Assembly: GCA_031254225.1 (NCBI GenBank)
Contig: JAIRUU010000113.1
Span: 546-64,545, forward strand
Source of the DNA: Candidatus Elusimicrobium euhamitermitis
Lineage (GTDB): Bacteria; Elusimicrobiota; Elusimicrobia; Elusimicrobiales; Elusimicrobiaceae
Length of the DNA: 64,000 nt
Direction: 5' to 3'
The notes under the pieces are model-generated. The model saw only the letters and a program-made list of their open reading frames with translations. It made no database searches and was not told the DNA's origin. This document shows positions 18,393-27,897 of this stretch, in pieces. Position 1 is the stretch's first letter; each line of letters opens with the position of its first letter. The position numbers and the translations under genes were made by a program.

Positions 18393-19124
18393 ATGAATGA
18401 CAAAGTTGTAGTACTTAAATTCGGCGGCAATACGCTGGCCAATAAAGAAAAAATTTTGCTTGCCGTGGATTTGGTTAAAAGCAGAATAGCGCAGGGTCTG
18501 CGTCCCGTTATAGTCGCTTCCGCCAACGGAAATATGACGGATATTTTGCTGGACAACGCTTTCAGCCTTGCCGAAAATCCGGACAAGCGGGAGCTGGACA
18601 TGTTAATAACCACCGGCGAGCGCATAAGCGTCGCGCTGTTGTCCATAGCGCTGCGCGCGCGGGGCGTGAGTTCGGTTTCTCTGACGGGCTCCCAGATAGG
18701 TTTGGTTACGACGAGCCAGCACAGCGGCGCGGACATTCTGGCTTTAAAGAGCGACAGGCTTTTTAAAGAAATTTCCGCCGGCAATATTCCTATTGTCGCG
18801 GGCTTTCAGGGAATAGGCGAAAATAAAGAGATTACCACTTTAAAGCGCGGCGGGTCTGACGTGTCCGCCGTGTTTTTGGCAAGCCAGCTGGGCGGCAACA
18901 GCGTGGAAATGATTAAAGACGTTACCGGCGTTTATAACAAAGACCCAAATAAATACGCGGACGCGGAAAAACTTGATTTAATTGATTTTGACGTTATGTA
19001 CAAATTAGCCCTGGAAGGCGCAAATGTTTTGCACCCGGACGCGGTTAAACTTGCAAAAGAAAAAAACGTGGCCATAAAAATAGTGTATTACAAAGATGGT
19101 CAGACGGGGACGGTAATCAAATGA
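18393..19124 (+). CDS. lysC: Aspartate kinase, catalytic domain only
   Basis: VLKFGG, RELDMLITTGERIS, VAGFQG, TTLKRGGSD, DVTGVYNKDP; 243 aa, no ACT domains. Confidence 0.85.
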   Translation: MNDKVVVLKFGGNTLANKEKILLAVDLVKSRIAQGLRPVIVASANGNMTDILLDNAFSLAENPDKRELDMLITTGERISVALLSIALRARGVSSVSLTGSQIGLVTTSQHSGADILALKSDRLFKEISAGNIPIVAGFQGIGENKEITTLKRGGSDVSAVFLASQLGGNSVEMIKDVTGVYNKDPNKYADAEKLDLIDFDVMYKLALEGANVLHPDAVKLAKEKNVAIKIVYYKDGQTGTVIK

Positions 19125-19999
19125 TAAAAGTAGGAATAATAGGAATAAACGGCATCGTCGGGCAGACGATGCGCAAATGTCTTCTCAAAATTAAAAATAT
19201 TGAGATTAAGGAATTTACGCGCGCGGACCCTTTGACGGATATGGACATAGCCGTTCTTTGCACGGACAACGCGGACAGCGTTAAATTAATCCCCGCGCTT
19301 GAGGGCAAAGCCGGTTTTATCGTGGACATGTCAAGCGAGTTCAGGCAGAAAGACGGCGTGCCGCTGGTCATACCTGAAATTAATCCGCAGACAATTACAA
19401 AAGACACAAAACTTATAGCCAGCCCTAACTGCACGGTTACGCCGCTTGTCATGGCGCTGGACGCGCTGCGCAAAGTTTATACGCCGAAGGAAATTTTCTT
19501 CTGCTCCTACCAGGCTTTGAGCGGCGGCGGCAAAAAGCTGCTTGAAGAGGCCGCAAAACCCGCGTCTATTTATTACAAAAACTGCGTGCCGCAGATAGGC
19601 AGCATTTTGGACACCGGTTATTCAAGCGAAGAACTTAAAACCGTCCTGGAAGCAAGAAAAATTTTAAATATGCCGAACCTTACGGTTTACCCGCATACCG
19701 TCAGAGTTTTTGTGGATAATTCGCACAGCCTCGGCGTTACCATTAAGGCGGAGCAGGAATTTGATTTGCAGAAGGTCAAACAGCTCTTAAGTTCATACGC
19801 CGGCATAATTTACGGCGAGAATATTTTTACGCCCAAAGAAGTTTCCGGCAAGGACGAAGTTTTTATCTGCCGCCTGCGCGCGGATATGTACGATAAAAAA
19901 ATCATACATTTCTTTACGACCATGGACAATATTCTCAAAGGCGCGGCTTTAAACGGCGCGCAGATTGTTGAATATATTATCAAAGCGGGCCTTGTATGA
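19121..19999 (+). CDS. asd: Aspartate-semialdehyde dehydrogenase
   Basis: GINGIVG, DMSSEFR, VPLVIPEIN, SPNCT, YQALSGGG, DNILKGAALN. Confidence 0.92.
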   Translation: MIKVGIIGINGIVGQTMRKCLLKIKNIEIKEFTRADPLTDMDIAVLCTDNADSVKLIPALEGKAGFIVDMSSEFRQKDGVPLVIPEINPQTITKDTKLIASPNCTVTPLVMALDALRKVYTPKEIFFCSYQALSGGGKKLLEEAAKPASIYYKNCVPQIGSILDTGYSSEELKTVLEARKILNMPNLTVYPHTVRVFVDNSHSLGVTIKAEQEFDLQKVKQLLSSYAGIIYGENIFTPKEVSGKDEVFICRLRADMYDKKIIHFFTTMDNILKGAALNGAQIVEYIIKAGLV

Positions 20000-20652
20000 A
20001 AAAAGTTTTAATAAACGGCGCGCAGGGCAAAATGGGCGCCATGATAGCGGACCTTGTTAAAAATAATCCGGATTACGGGCTGCAGGTTTCCGTTATGCGC
20101 GAAGTTGGGCAGAGCGCCGCCGGCGACTTTGATATAGTTATAGATTTTTCGCAGCCGGACGGCGCGCTTGAAGCTTATGAAATAGCCAAAGACAATAACG
20201 CCGCGCTTTTAATAGGCACCACAAATTTGCCCGCGTCGTTTGTTGCCGCTTTGAAGGCGGAAAAAAATATTCCCGTCTTTTTCTCGCCCAACGTAAGCAT
20301 AGGCGTTTATTTGTTTACGGAAGTTTTGAAATACGCCCAAAGCCTGTATAAAGGTTATGAGCGGCGCATGGAAGAAATACATCATATACATAAAAAAGAC
20401 GCGCCGTCCGGCACGGCGAAAAATCTTGCCGCCGCGCTGAAATTTCCGGTTGAAGACATAAAATCAGTGCGGGAGGGGGAAGTCGTCGGCACGCATACTT
20501 TTATTTTGTCGTCGGAATATGAAGAAATTATTTTATCCCACGTCGCTAAAAAAAGATTGTTGTTCGCGGAAAGCGCGGTATTAATATCGTCGTGGCTGGT
20601 CAGCCAAAAACCTGGTTTTTACGACATGAAAGATTTTGTAGAAAGAAAATGA
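19996..20652 (+). CDS. dapB: 4-hydroxy-tetrahydrodipicolinate reductase
   Basis: GAQGKMG, IDFS, IGTT, EIHHIHKKDAPSGTA. Confidence 0.92.
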   Translation: MKKVLINGAQGKMGAMIADLVKNNPDYGLQVSVMREVGQSAAGDFDIVIDFSQPDGALEAYEIAKDNNAALLIGTTNLPASFVAALKAEKNIPVFFSPNVSIGVYLFTEVLKYAQSLYKGYERRMEEIHHIHKKDAPSGTAKNLAAALKFPVEDIKSVREGEVVGTHTFILSSEYEEIILSHVAKKRLLFAESAVLISSWLVSQKPGFYDMKDFVERK

Positions 20653-22052
20653 AAATACATTTTATAGGCATAGGCGGAATAGGAATGAGCGCGCTTGCGC
20701 AGCTTCACGCAATGGGCGGGGACAGCGTGACGGGCTCTGACCGGCTTATAAATAAAGGCATGACCGACCTGCCGGTTTTTAACGCGCTGCGCAATCTGGG
20801 CGCAATTATTTTTCCGCAGGACGGAAGCGGGATTGATAAAAATACGGAGCTTGTCATTTTATCGTCTGCCATAGAAGAAGATAATCCGGAACTTTTAAAA
20901 GCTAAAGAGCTGGGCATAAAAACCATGCACCGCTCCGAACTTCTGGCCGCGCAGATTGCAAAAAATAAAACTATAGCCGTTTCCGGCACCAGCGGCAAAA
21001 GCACTACGACGGCCATGATTTTTGAAATTTTGACGGCCGCGGGTTTAAGCCCGTCCGTCATAGCGGGCGGCACGCTTTTGTCTCTGCAGGAGAAAGGGTT
21101 TTATGGGAACGTTTATAAAGGCGCGGGAGACTTACTCGTCATTGAAGCTGACGAGTCTGACGGTTCCATAGTCAATTATCACACGGAAATCGGCCTTTGC
21201 CTTAATATCCAGAAAGACCATAAAGAGCTTGATATTCTGCGCGGGTTTTTTAAGGCTTTCGCGTCGCACTGTAAAACTTTTATTTATAACGGCGGCGAAA
21301 GCGGCCTTTCGGAAATTTTTCCGAAATATAAATCTTTCGGTTTGCAGGACGCGCGGGATATTAAGATGGACGGTTTTGGTTCGTCATTTGTCGCTTTTGG
21401 CATAAAATTTAAATTAAATATCCCGGGCGAACATAATATAAAAAACGCGCTTGCCGCTGTTGCGGCGTGCAAAGAACTGGGCGTTGATTTAACGTCCGCG
21501 GCCGCCGCGCTTGAAAATTTTAAAGGCGTTTACCGTCGTTTTAACGTCGTAGGAAAATACAATGAAATTGAAGTGGTGGACGATTTCGCGCACAACCCGC
21601 ACAAACTTGCGGCCGCAATAAGCGCTGCGCAGCTGCGCGGCAAAAGAGTTTTGTCATACTTCCAGCCGCACGCTTTTGCGTCAATAAAATTATTGTCAAA
21701 CGAGTTTACGCAAATGCTGGCGGACACTCTGCGTCCGCAGGATATTTTTTGGCTGACGGAAGCTTATTATCCTGGCGGCACCATACCTGAAGGCGTGACT
21801 GCCAAATCCGTCGCGGACGGCGCGTCCGCCAAAGGCCTTAAAAACGTGCGCTTCAACAAATGCCGTGAAGAAATTTTAAAAGAAATAGCCGCCGCGGCAA
21901 AACCAGAGGACGTAATAATGGTCATGGGCGCGCGCGACCCGTCGCTTACAAACTTCGCAAAACAGATTCTGGAAACTTTAAAAACCCAAAAACACGATAT
22001 TCCGCCGTGCAAAAACTGTATGCTCGGCAGCTGCTGTATTAATAACCATTAA
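20649..22052 (+). CDS. Mur ligase (MurC/Mpl-like)
   Basis: HFIGIGGIGMSALA, SGTSGKSTTT, EADESDG, GEHNIKNA, RRF, DDFAHNP; start ATG 20649. Confidence 0.85.
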   Translation: MKIHFIGIGGIGMSALAQLHAMGGDSVTGSDRLINKGMTDLPVFNALRNLGAIIFPQDGSGIDKNTELVILSSAIEEDNPELLKAKELGIKTMHRSELLAAQIAKNKTIAVSGTSGKSTTTAMIFEILTAAGLSPSVIAGGTLLSLQEKGFYGNVYKGAGDLLVIEADESDGSIVNYHTEIGLCLNIQKDHKELDILRGFFKAFASHCKTFIYNGGESGLSEIFPKYKSFGLQDARDIKMDGFGSSFVAFGIKFKLNIPGEHNIKNALAAVAACKELGVDLTSAAAALENFKGVYRRFNVVGKYNEIEVVDDFAHNPHKLAAAISAAQLRGKRVLSYFQPHAFASIKLLSNEFTQMLADTLRPQDIFWLTEAYYPGGTIPEGVTAKSVADGASAKGLKNVRFNKCREEILKEIAAAAKPEDVIMVMGARDPSLTNFAKQILETLKTQKHDIPPCKNCMLGSCCINNH

Positions 22053-22053
22053 T

Positions 22054-22659
22054 ATGATAAAGGAAAAACTAAAACCGCTTTTGCTGGATTTTGTCCTGCC
22101 CGCGGCGATATCAATACTGCTTGCTTTTATTTTTAAATGGGACGCCGGCGAAATTATTTGGGGGATTTGGGGCGCAAGTTTTTGGCTGGGTTTAATATTT
22201 TGGTTTTTAGCCGCTTTGATTATGGACTCTCCGTTTGAAGATGCCGGCAGCAAAGCTATGGCTATTCCTATAATCGGGTTTATGCCTGTATTGTTGATTT
22301 TTCAATCATACACCGCACAGCTTATTATGAAGGGCGGCATACAGGGACTTATTGACGGATATGACGGAGTATACGTGCCGTATTTCATATATCTGGCCAC
22401 AAAATTATTTTTTCCTTTTATCGCGCTGTACGTGTACGGCGAAATAAAAGGGATTTTTTTTAAAGGCTTGGACACAGGCGAACAGTTTATAAAATTTGGT
22501 ATAGTTTTCGGCCGGCTGCAGCTGATAGCGTTTGTCTGTGTTTATTTAGGCAAATATGTTCCAGATATTTTATTGTATCTGATAGTTTTTTCAATCTGCT
22601 TTTTTCCGATAAACATATTTGAACGCGAAGAGATAAAACATGAAGATTGGCCGCAGTAA
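22054..22659 (+). CDS. Hypothetical membrane protein
   Basis: 201 aa, multiple hydrophobic segments, abuts the upstream stop. Confidence 0.7.
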   Translation: MIKEKLKPLLLDFVLPAAISILLAFIFKWDAGEIIWGIWGASFWLGLIFWFLAALIMDSPFEDAGSKAMAIPIIGFMPVLLIFQSYTAQLIMKGGIQGLIDGYDGVYVPYFIYLATKLFFPFIALYVYGEIKGIFFKGLDTGEQFIKFGIVFGRLQLIAFVCVYLGKYVPDILLYLIVFSICFFPINIFEREEIKHEDWPQ

Positions 22660-22667
22660 TATTTATA

Positions 22668-23417
22668 CTAATTAATTTTAATATGCCAAAGATATTCCGT
22701 GTTGCCGTGAACGCCTTTTATCGGGCTTTCAATTAATGCAAGACCGCGCGCGTTATATTTGTCCGCCAGATTTTCATTAAAAAAATTCTGCACGCTTTTT
22801 ATGGCCAGCCGGCGGTTTTCTTCCGTCTTAACTATGCCGTGAGGGACCTGCTTGGGCGTAAGTTCAAACTGCGGTTTGATGAGCAAAATTACGTCGGAAT
22901 TTGCGGCCATGCATTTCAGACTCGGCTCTAAAATCATTTTGAGAGAGATAAAAGACACGTCAACCGCCGCAGCGTCAAATTTTACGTCAAACATATCTTC
23001 CGTCATAAAACGCGCGTTGGTGTTTGGTTTAAAAATAAAATTAGGGTATTTTAAAATTTCGCTCGCCAGCTGGCCTTTGCCCACGTCCACTCCGTAAACT
23101 TTTGCCGCGCCCGCTTTTAGAAAACAGTGGCTGAATCCGCCGGTCGCCACTCCGACGTCCAGACAGTTTTTACCGGTCACATCAATTTTAAATTCTTTAA
23201 GCGCGTGTTCCAATTTCAGGCCGCCGCGCGAAACGTACGGGCAGGATTTTTCTTTCAGCGTAATAATATCGTCAGGCTTGACGGCATAATCCGCGCCGTG
23301 CTGCGCGGTGCCGTTAACCAAAACCTCGCCGGCCATGAGAGACGCCTGCGCTCTTGTGCGCGACTCAAAAAATCCCTGCGCGACAAGCTCCATATCCAGC
23401 CGCGGTTTCCTGGACAT
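22668..23417 (-). CDS. tlyA: TlyA family rRNA methyltransferase
   Basis: S4 domain, YVSRGGLKL, DVGVATGGF, DVSFISL, KPQFE. Confidence 0.93.
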   Translation of the reverse strand: MSRKPRLDMELVAQGFFESRTRAQASLMAGEVLVNGTAQHGADYAVKPDDIITLKEKSCPYVSRGGLKLEHALKEFKIDVTGKNCLDVGVATGGFSHCFLKAGAAKVYGVDVGKGQLASEILKYPNFIFKPNTNARFMTEDMFDVKFDAAAVDVSFISLKMILEPSLKCMAANSDVILLIKPQFELTPKQVPHGIVKTEENRRLAIKSVQNFFNENLADKYNARGLALIESPIKGVHGNTEYLWHIKIN

Positions 23418-23638
23418 TAATTTTCCTCAAAAGGGGTCTCAAAAAGTTCGCCGTTTTCTTCTTTCAGAATATTTACTTTGAATTTAATTTCTTTGAGACT
23501 TGCGGAAAGTTCTTTTGCTATTTTAATGCCTTCTTCAAACAAAGGCACGGCGGAGTCAAGACCCGTTTTTTCATTTTCCAAATCCGCCGCTATTTTTTCA
23601 AGCCTCTTTAATTTTGCTTCAAAATTCTGCTCTTTCAT
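23417..23638 (-). CDS. xseB: Exodeoxyribonuclease VII small subunit
   Basis: FEAKLKRLEKI..LE....LDSAVPLFEEG; follows xseA. Confidence 0.9.
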   Translation of the reverse strand: MKEQNFEAKLKRLEKIAADLENEKTGLDSAVPLFEEGIKIAKELSASLKEIKFKVNILKEENGELFETPFEEN

Positions 23639-24831
23639 TTTTTTACCTCCGCGTCTAAAACGCCGCCGTACGTTTGTATATTTATTAAACTCTTGTCCGC
23701 GACTTCCGACGGACTTTTTATTATGTGCCCGTACTGCCGCACTACGGAAAAACCGCGTTTTAAAATATTTTCCGGATTAAGCGCGCGCAGTTTTTCCGTC
23801 AGTAAATTCAAACTGTGCGCAAATTCGTTTTTCTTATTTGCAAAAGCGTCGTTAAGCGTTAAATTTAAATCGTCAATTTCCTGTTCTTTGCGGTTTATAA
23901 CGTCCGCCGGATTTTTGAAAAACCTGCTTTGCAGCGCGACGTTTATGCGGCCCTGCGGCCGCAGGCAGATATAATTTGCGCTCTGCGCCAGCCGGCGGGC
24001 AAGCTGGCCCACGTGTTTGAAAACCGAGTCCGTGCTTTCGGCCACTATTTCCGCCGCCGCGCTTGGCGTGGGCGCGCGCAGATCCGCGATAAAATCCGTT
24101 ATGGTAAAATCAGTCTCGTGGCCGATGCAGGATATCGTCGGTATTTTTGACGCTGCCGCGGCGCGCGCCACAATCTCTTCGTTAAAACACCATAAATCTT
24201 CCATGCTTCCGCCGCCGCGCGCAATCAAAATCACGTCGGGTTTATTTTTTAATTTATTTAGTTTTTTGACGGCGTCCGCTATTTGCGGCGCGGCTTCCGA
24301 CCCCTGCACTAACGTCGGCGCGATAATAATTTCAAGATTAGGACGTCTGCGGCGCAGCACGCTCAAAATATCCTGAAGCGCTGCGCCTGCGGGCGACGTG
24401 ACAATTCCTATTTTATTTGCAAATTTGGGCAGCGGTTTTTTGCGGTCCTGGTCAAAGAGTCCTTCTTCGGAAAGTTTTTGTTTGAGTTTCTCAAATTCCA
24501 GATATAAATCCCCGCCCCCGACGGGCACCAAAGTTTTGACTATCAGCTGGTAACGCCCCTGTTTTATATAGCAGCTGATATCGCCGCGCGCCAAAATTTT
24601 AAGGCCGTTTCTTAACTCCGCGGTCCGCGCGGCGTAACCTTTAAACAGCACGGCGGAAATCAGCGCGCCGGAATCTTTAATGTCAAAATAAATGTGGCCG
24701 CTGGCGGCTTTTTTAAGGCCGCTTATTTCGCCCTCAATTTTTACGTCGGCAAGCACGCCCTCCAGCATTTCTTTAATGACGGTGGAAATTTCGGTAACGG
24801 AAAAAATTTTATTCGGCTCAAGTAAAGACAT
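23635..24831 (-). CDS. xseA: Exodeoxyribonuclease VII large subunit
   Basis: GEISG...SGHIYF, RGGGSMEDLWCFN, GHETDFT, APTPSAAAE. Confidence 0.95.
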   Translation of the reverse strand: MSLLEPNKIFSVTEISTVIKEMLEGVLADVKIEGEISGLKKAASGHIYFDIKDSGALISAVLFKGYAARTAELRNGLKILARGDISCYIKQGRYQLIVKTLVPVGGGDLYLEFEKLKQKLSEEGLFDQDRKKPLPKFANKIGIVTSPAGAALQDILSVLRRRRPNLEIIIAPTLVQGSEAAPQIADAVKKLNKLKNKPDVILIARGGGSMEDLWCFNEEIVARAAAASKIPTISCIGHETDFTITDFIADLRAPTPSAAAEIVAESTDSVFKHVGQLARRLAQSANYICLRPQGRINVALQSRFFKNPADVINRKEQEIDDLNLTLNDAFANKKNEFAHSLNLLTEKLRALNPENILKRGFSVVRQYGHIIKSPSEVADKSLINIQTYGGVLDAEVKK

Positions 24832-24871
24832 AATTTTATTTTACAGACATATTGAAACAACGTACAATGCC

Positions 24872-25005
24872 GTCATTCTGAGCGCGTCGTTTCCGCCGTA
24901 GGCGGCCGCGCGTGAGAATCTTCCATTATATTTTTGTTAAACACGGCGCCCGCGCCGCCTGTACAACTATAATTGTAGATTACTCGCTGCGCCGCTCGTA
25001 ATGAC
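24872..25005. repeat. REPIN-like pair (GTCATT...AGAATCT / AGATT...AATGAC)
   Basis: GTCATTCTGAGCG and CGCTCGTAATGAC ends are imperfect inverted repeats with internal small hairpins. Confidence 0.6.
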
Positions 25006-25060
25006 CGGTACTATTTTTATATCTGCCTTTTTAGTTCCGCCTATTTTTTAGAGGCCATGC

Positions 25061-25085
25061 CCGTCTTCGCTGCGCTACGACGCGG
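25061..25085 (+). repeat. Short REP-like element CCGTCTTCGCTGCGCTACGACGCGG
   Basis: Related copies at 34445-34469, 53588-53611 and (degenerate, reverse) 13839-13865. Confidence 0.75.
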
Positions 25086-25098
25086 TTTGGCGGCAAAA

Positions 25099-26214
25099 TT
25101 ATTTTTTTGCCGCCAAATAATCAAGGTATGACTGCATAAAAGGATTTAGCGCCCCGTCCATGACGGCCTGCACCTGTGAAGTTTCGTAATTCGTCCTCAA
25201 ATCTTTTACCAGCTGGTAAGGCATAAAAACATAAGAGCGGATTTGGTGCCCCCACGCAATGTCGCCCTTCTGTCCGTAATGCTTTTCCATCTCGGTCCTT
25301 TTTTTGTCGGCCTCAACCTGATAAAGTTTTGCTTTTAACATTTTCATGGCCGTCTGGCGGTTTTTGAGCTGGCTCCGCTCCACCTGGCAGGCGACGACTA
25401 TGCCCGTCGGAACATGCGTAATACGCACCGCGGTTTCAACTTTATTGACGTTTTGCCCGCCGGCGCCGCCGGAGCGAAAAGTGTCCACCTTCAAATCTTT
25501 GTCGTTAATTTCAATTTTAATTTCTTCTTCAATATCAGGCAGCACGTCGCAGGACGCGAAAGAAGTGTGCCTTCGCGAGTTTGCGTCAAACGGGGAAATG
25601 CGCACTAATCTGTGCACGCCGTTTTCGCTTTTCAGATAGCCGTACGCGTACTGCCCTTCCACGATAACGGACGCGCTTTTTATGCCCGCTTCCTCGCCCG
25701 GCAGAATATCCGTGACGGTAAATTTAAAACCGTTTGCGTCCGCCCAGCGGTTGTACATGCGCAGCAGCATTTGCGCCCAGTCGCAAGACTCCGTTCCGCC
25801 CGCGCCGGCGTGGATATTTAAAATAGCGTTATATTTGTCCGCCGGCTCTGAAAGTTTTATTTTAAATTCCATCGCTTTTAATTCGTTCTCGGCGTTGGCA
25901 AGCATGGAGAGAGTGGGGGCGATTTCGCTTTCGTTTTTTTGTTCAAGGGACATCTGGTAAAAAAGTTCGGCCTCTTCAAATTCGCGGGCGATGGAAGAAT
26001 ATTTTTCTATATCCTGTTTAAGCGCGTCAATCTGCTTGGAAATATTTTTGGCGGCGTCCGCGTCGTTCCAAAAATCCGGCGCGGCGGAGATTTTTTCCAG
26101 GTTTATCAGCTCTTTCTTTTTTTCTTCAATGCGGCAGAGCTCCGCCGTTTTAATAATGCGCGGGCGCAGTTCTTCTATTTTATTTTTTACGTCTTTAAAT
26201 TCAACGTTATTCAT
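25099..26214 (-). CDS. prfB: Peptide chain release factor 2
   Basis: [18 protein letters not shown] (SPF), GGQ motif; continuous ORF. Confidence 0.96.
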   Translation of the reverse strand: MNNVEFKDVKNKIEELRPRIIKTAELCRIEEKKKELINLEKISAAPDFWNDADAAKNISKQIDALKQDIEKYSSIAREFEEAELFYQMSLEQKNESEIAPTLSMLANAENELKAMEFKIKLSEPADKYNAILNIHAGAGGTESCDWAQMLLRMYNRWADANGFKFTVTDILPGEEAGIKSASVIVEGQYAYGYLKSENGVHRLVRISPFDANSRRHTSFASCDVLPDIEEEIKIEINDKDLKVDTFRSGGAGGQNVNKVETAVRITHVPTGIVVACQVERSQLKNRQTAMKMLKAKLYQVEADKKRTEMEKHYGQKGDIAWGHQIRSYVFMPYQLVKDLRTNYETSQVQAVMDGALNPFMQSYLDYLAAKK

Positions 26215-27877
26215 TGGAAATTACAAAAGCGGTAAACGCCGCCGTCAGGAAAAATGTTATGCAAAGATAAGCAAAAACGTCGCCGTATTTGGAGTAAATT
26301 GTCTGCGTAAAATTTTCATTAACGGGCACGGTCAGATTCATCACTGTCCTCTCGCCCAGTTTGGAAGCTTCTTTAATGCGCCCCAGCGGGTCAATCCAGC
26401 CGGAAATGCCGTTGTTCGCGCTTCGCACCACGGGCTTGCCGAACTCCACCGCGCGCACCACGTTCGCCGCAAAATGCTGGTACGGCGCGGAAGTGTTTAA
26501 AAACCATCCGTCGTTGGTAAGATTAAAAAATATTTTTTCGCCTTTAGAGTCCGCGCTGTTCCACAGCTGCGGAAAAATAGACTCATAACATATCATGGTG
26601 GCGAATTTTAAATTATCCATTTGCTGCAGCGGCTGGTTTCTGTCCCCCGGAGTAAAAGAGCCCAATGTGCCCAGAACGGGAATATTAAAATTACTTAAAT
26701 TCTCTTCAAACGGCACGTATTCGCCAAACGGCACAAGAACCTGTTTATTGTAAACCGACGTCAAATCCCCGTTTCTGTTAAACAGATACGCGCTTACAAA
26801 ATTAGCGTCTTCGGTTTCCATGGTGGAACCTACCAGCTGATACGCCTGCGTGGTCTGCGCTATGCGCCTGAGCCAGTTCATATATTTTTCCGTCTGGGCG
26901 GGGCCGGGCAGCGCGGTCTCCGGCCACAAAATTATATCAGGGGCAAAAGGCGCGGCCGTATCAATCTGTTCCGTTAAAATATTTTCAATTTCCTGCACAA
27001 AAGCGCTGTCCCACTTTTTATACTGGTCAATATCGGGCTGCAAAACGGAAATTTTTAAAGAGCGCGTGAATAGTATCGGGTCGTCCAGTCTCTGTTTGCC
27101 GAACATAAAAACCGCGAAAAACATAAACGCCGCCATGAGCGCGGGCAGCGCGCGTTCCGCAAAACTTTTTAGCGTGAACATTGACGCGAACGCGGCGTTG
27201 ACAAATACCAGCGCAAAACTTATTGCGAACACGCCGCCGAAGCTCGCCGTCTGCAAAAACACCGGCTGATTCCACTGCGAATATCCCATCATAAACCACG
27301 GAAATCCCAGGAAATTATAAGCTATTGTCTCGTGCGCAAACTCAAGCGTTACCCAGCCGGCCGCGGCTATGAGCGGGAAAAGATAATTTGTTTTGCGCGC
27401 GTAAAAACAAAGCAGCGCAAAAATTGCAAACTGGAATGACATAATAAAACAAAGTCCTGCCAGCGCGCCCAGGGACATTTGCGGCGGCAGCCCGCCCGCG
27501 CGGCAGGTATAATAAATCCAGTAAAGCAGCGCGGCGTATACGACAAATCCCGTAAACAAACCGTAAAAACCCGCGCCCAATAATGTTTTTGTTTTTTTAT
27601 AGCAAGCGAGGAACGGCACCAGCGCTACCCAGGCGAGAATGGAGACGCTTCTTTTAGGATAACTTTGAAAAATAAGGGCTGCGGTTAAAAAAGACGCCAG
27701 CATGAAAAGTATTAGTCTGTAAACGGAGGCCACCCCGTCAATCACAGCGGACGCCCGGTCCTGCTTAACTTCAGGCTCTTTTGTTTTGTGAGGTGGCATA
27801 TAACTGAAAACCTGCGTATTGTTCTGGCGCACTATGAACTGGCTGTCGCGCCTGGAACGTTTTTCTAAGTTATCCAT
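26207..27877 (-). CDS. lnt: Apolipoprotein N-acyltransferase
   Basis: GFPW...[39 protein letters not shown]. Confidence 0.93.
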   Translation of the reverse strand: MDNLEKRSRRDSQFIVRQNNTQVFSYMPPHKTKEPEVKQDRASAVIDGVASVYRLILFMLASFLTAALIFQSYPKRSVSILAWVALVPFLACYKKTKTLLGAGFYGLFTGFVVYAALLYWIYYTCRAGGLPPQMSLGALAGLCFIMSFQFAIFALLCFYARKTNYLFPLIAAAGWVTLEFAHETIAYNFLGFPWFMMGYSQWNQPVFLQTASFGGVFAISFALVFVNAAFASMFTLKSFAERALPALMAAFMFFAVFMFGKQRLDDPILFTRSLKISVLQPDIDQYKKWDSAFVQEIENILTEQIDTAAPFAPDIILWPETALPGPAQTEKYMNWLRRIAQTTQAYQLVGSTMETEDANFVSAYLFNRNGDLTSVYNKQVLVPFGEYVPFEENLSNFNIPVLGTLGSFTPGDRNQPLQQMDNLKFATMICYESIFPQLWNSADSKGEKIFFNLTNDGWFLNTSAPYQHFAANVVRAVEFGKPVVRSANNGISGWIDPLGRIKEASKLGERTVMNLTVPVNENFTQTIYSKYGDVFAYLCITFFLTAAFTAFVISNE

Positions 27878-27897
27878 ATTTTGCCGTTAACAATTTT

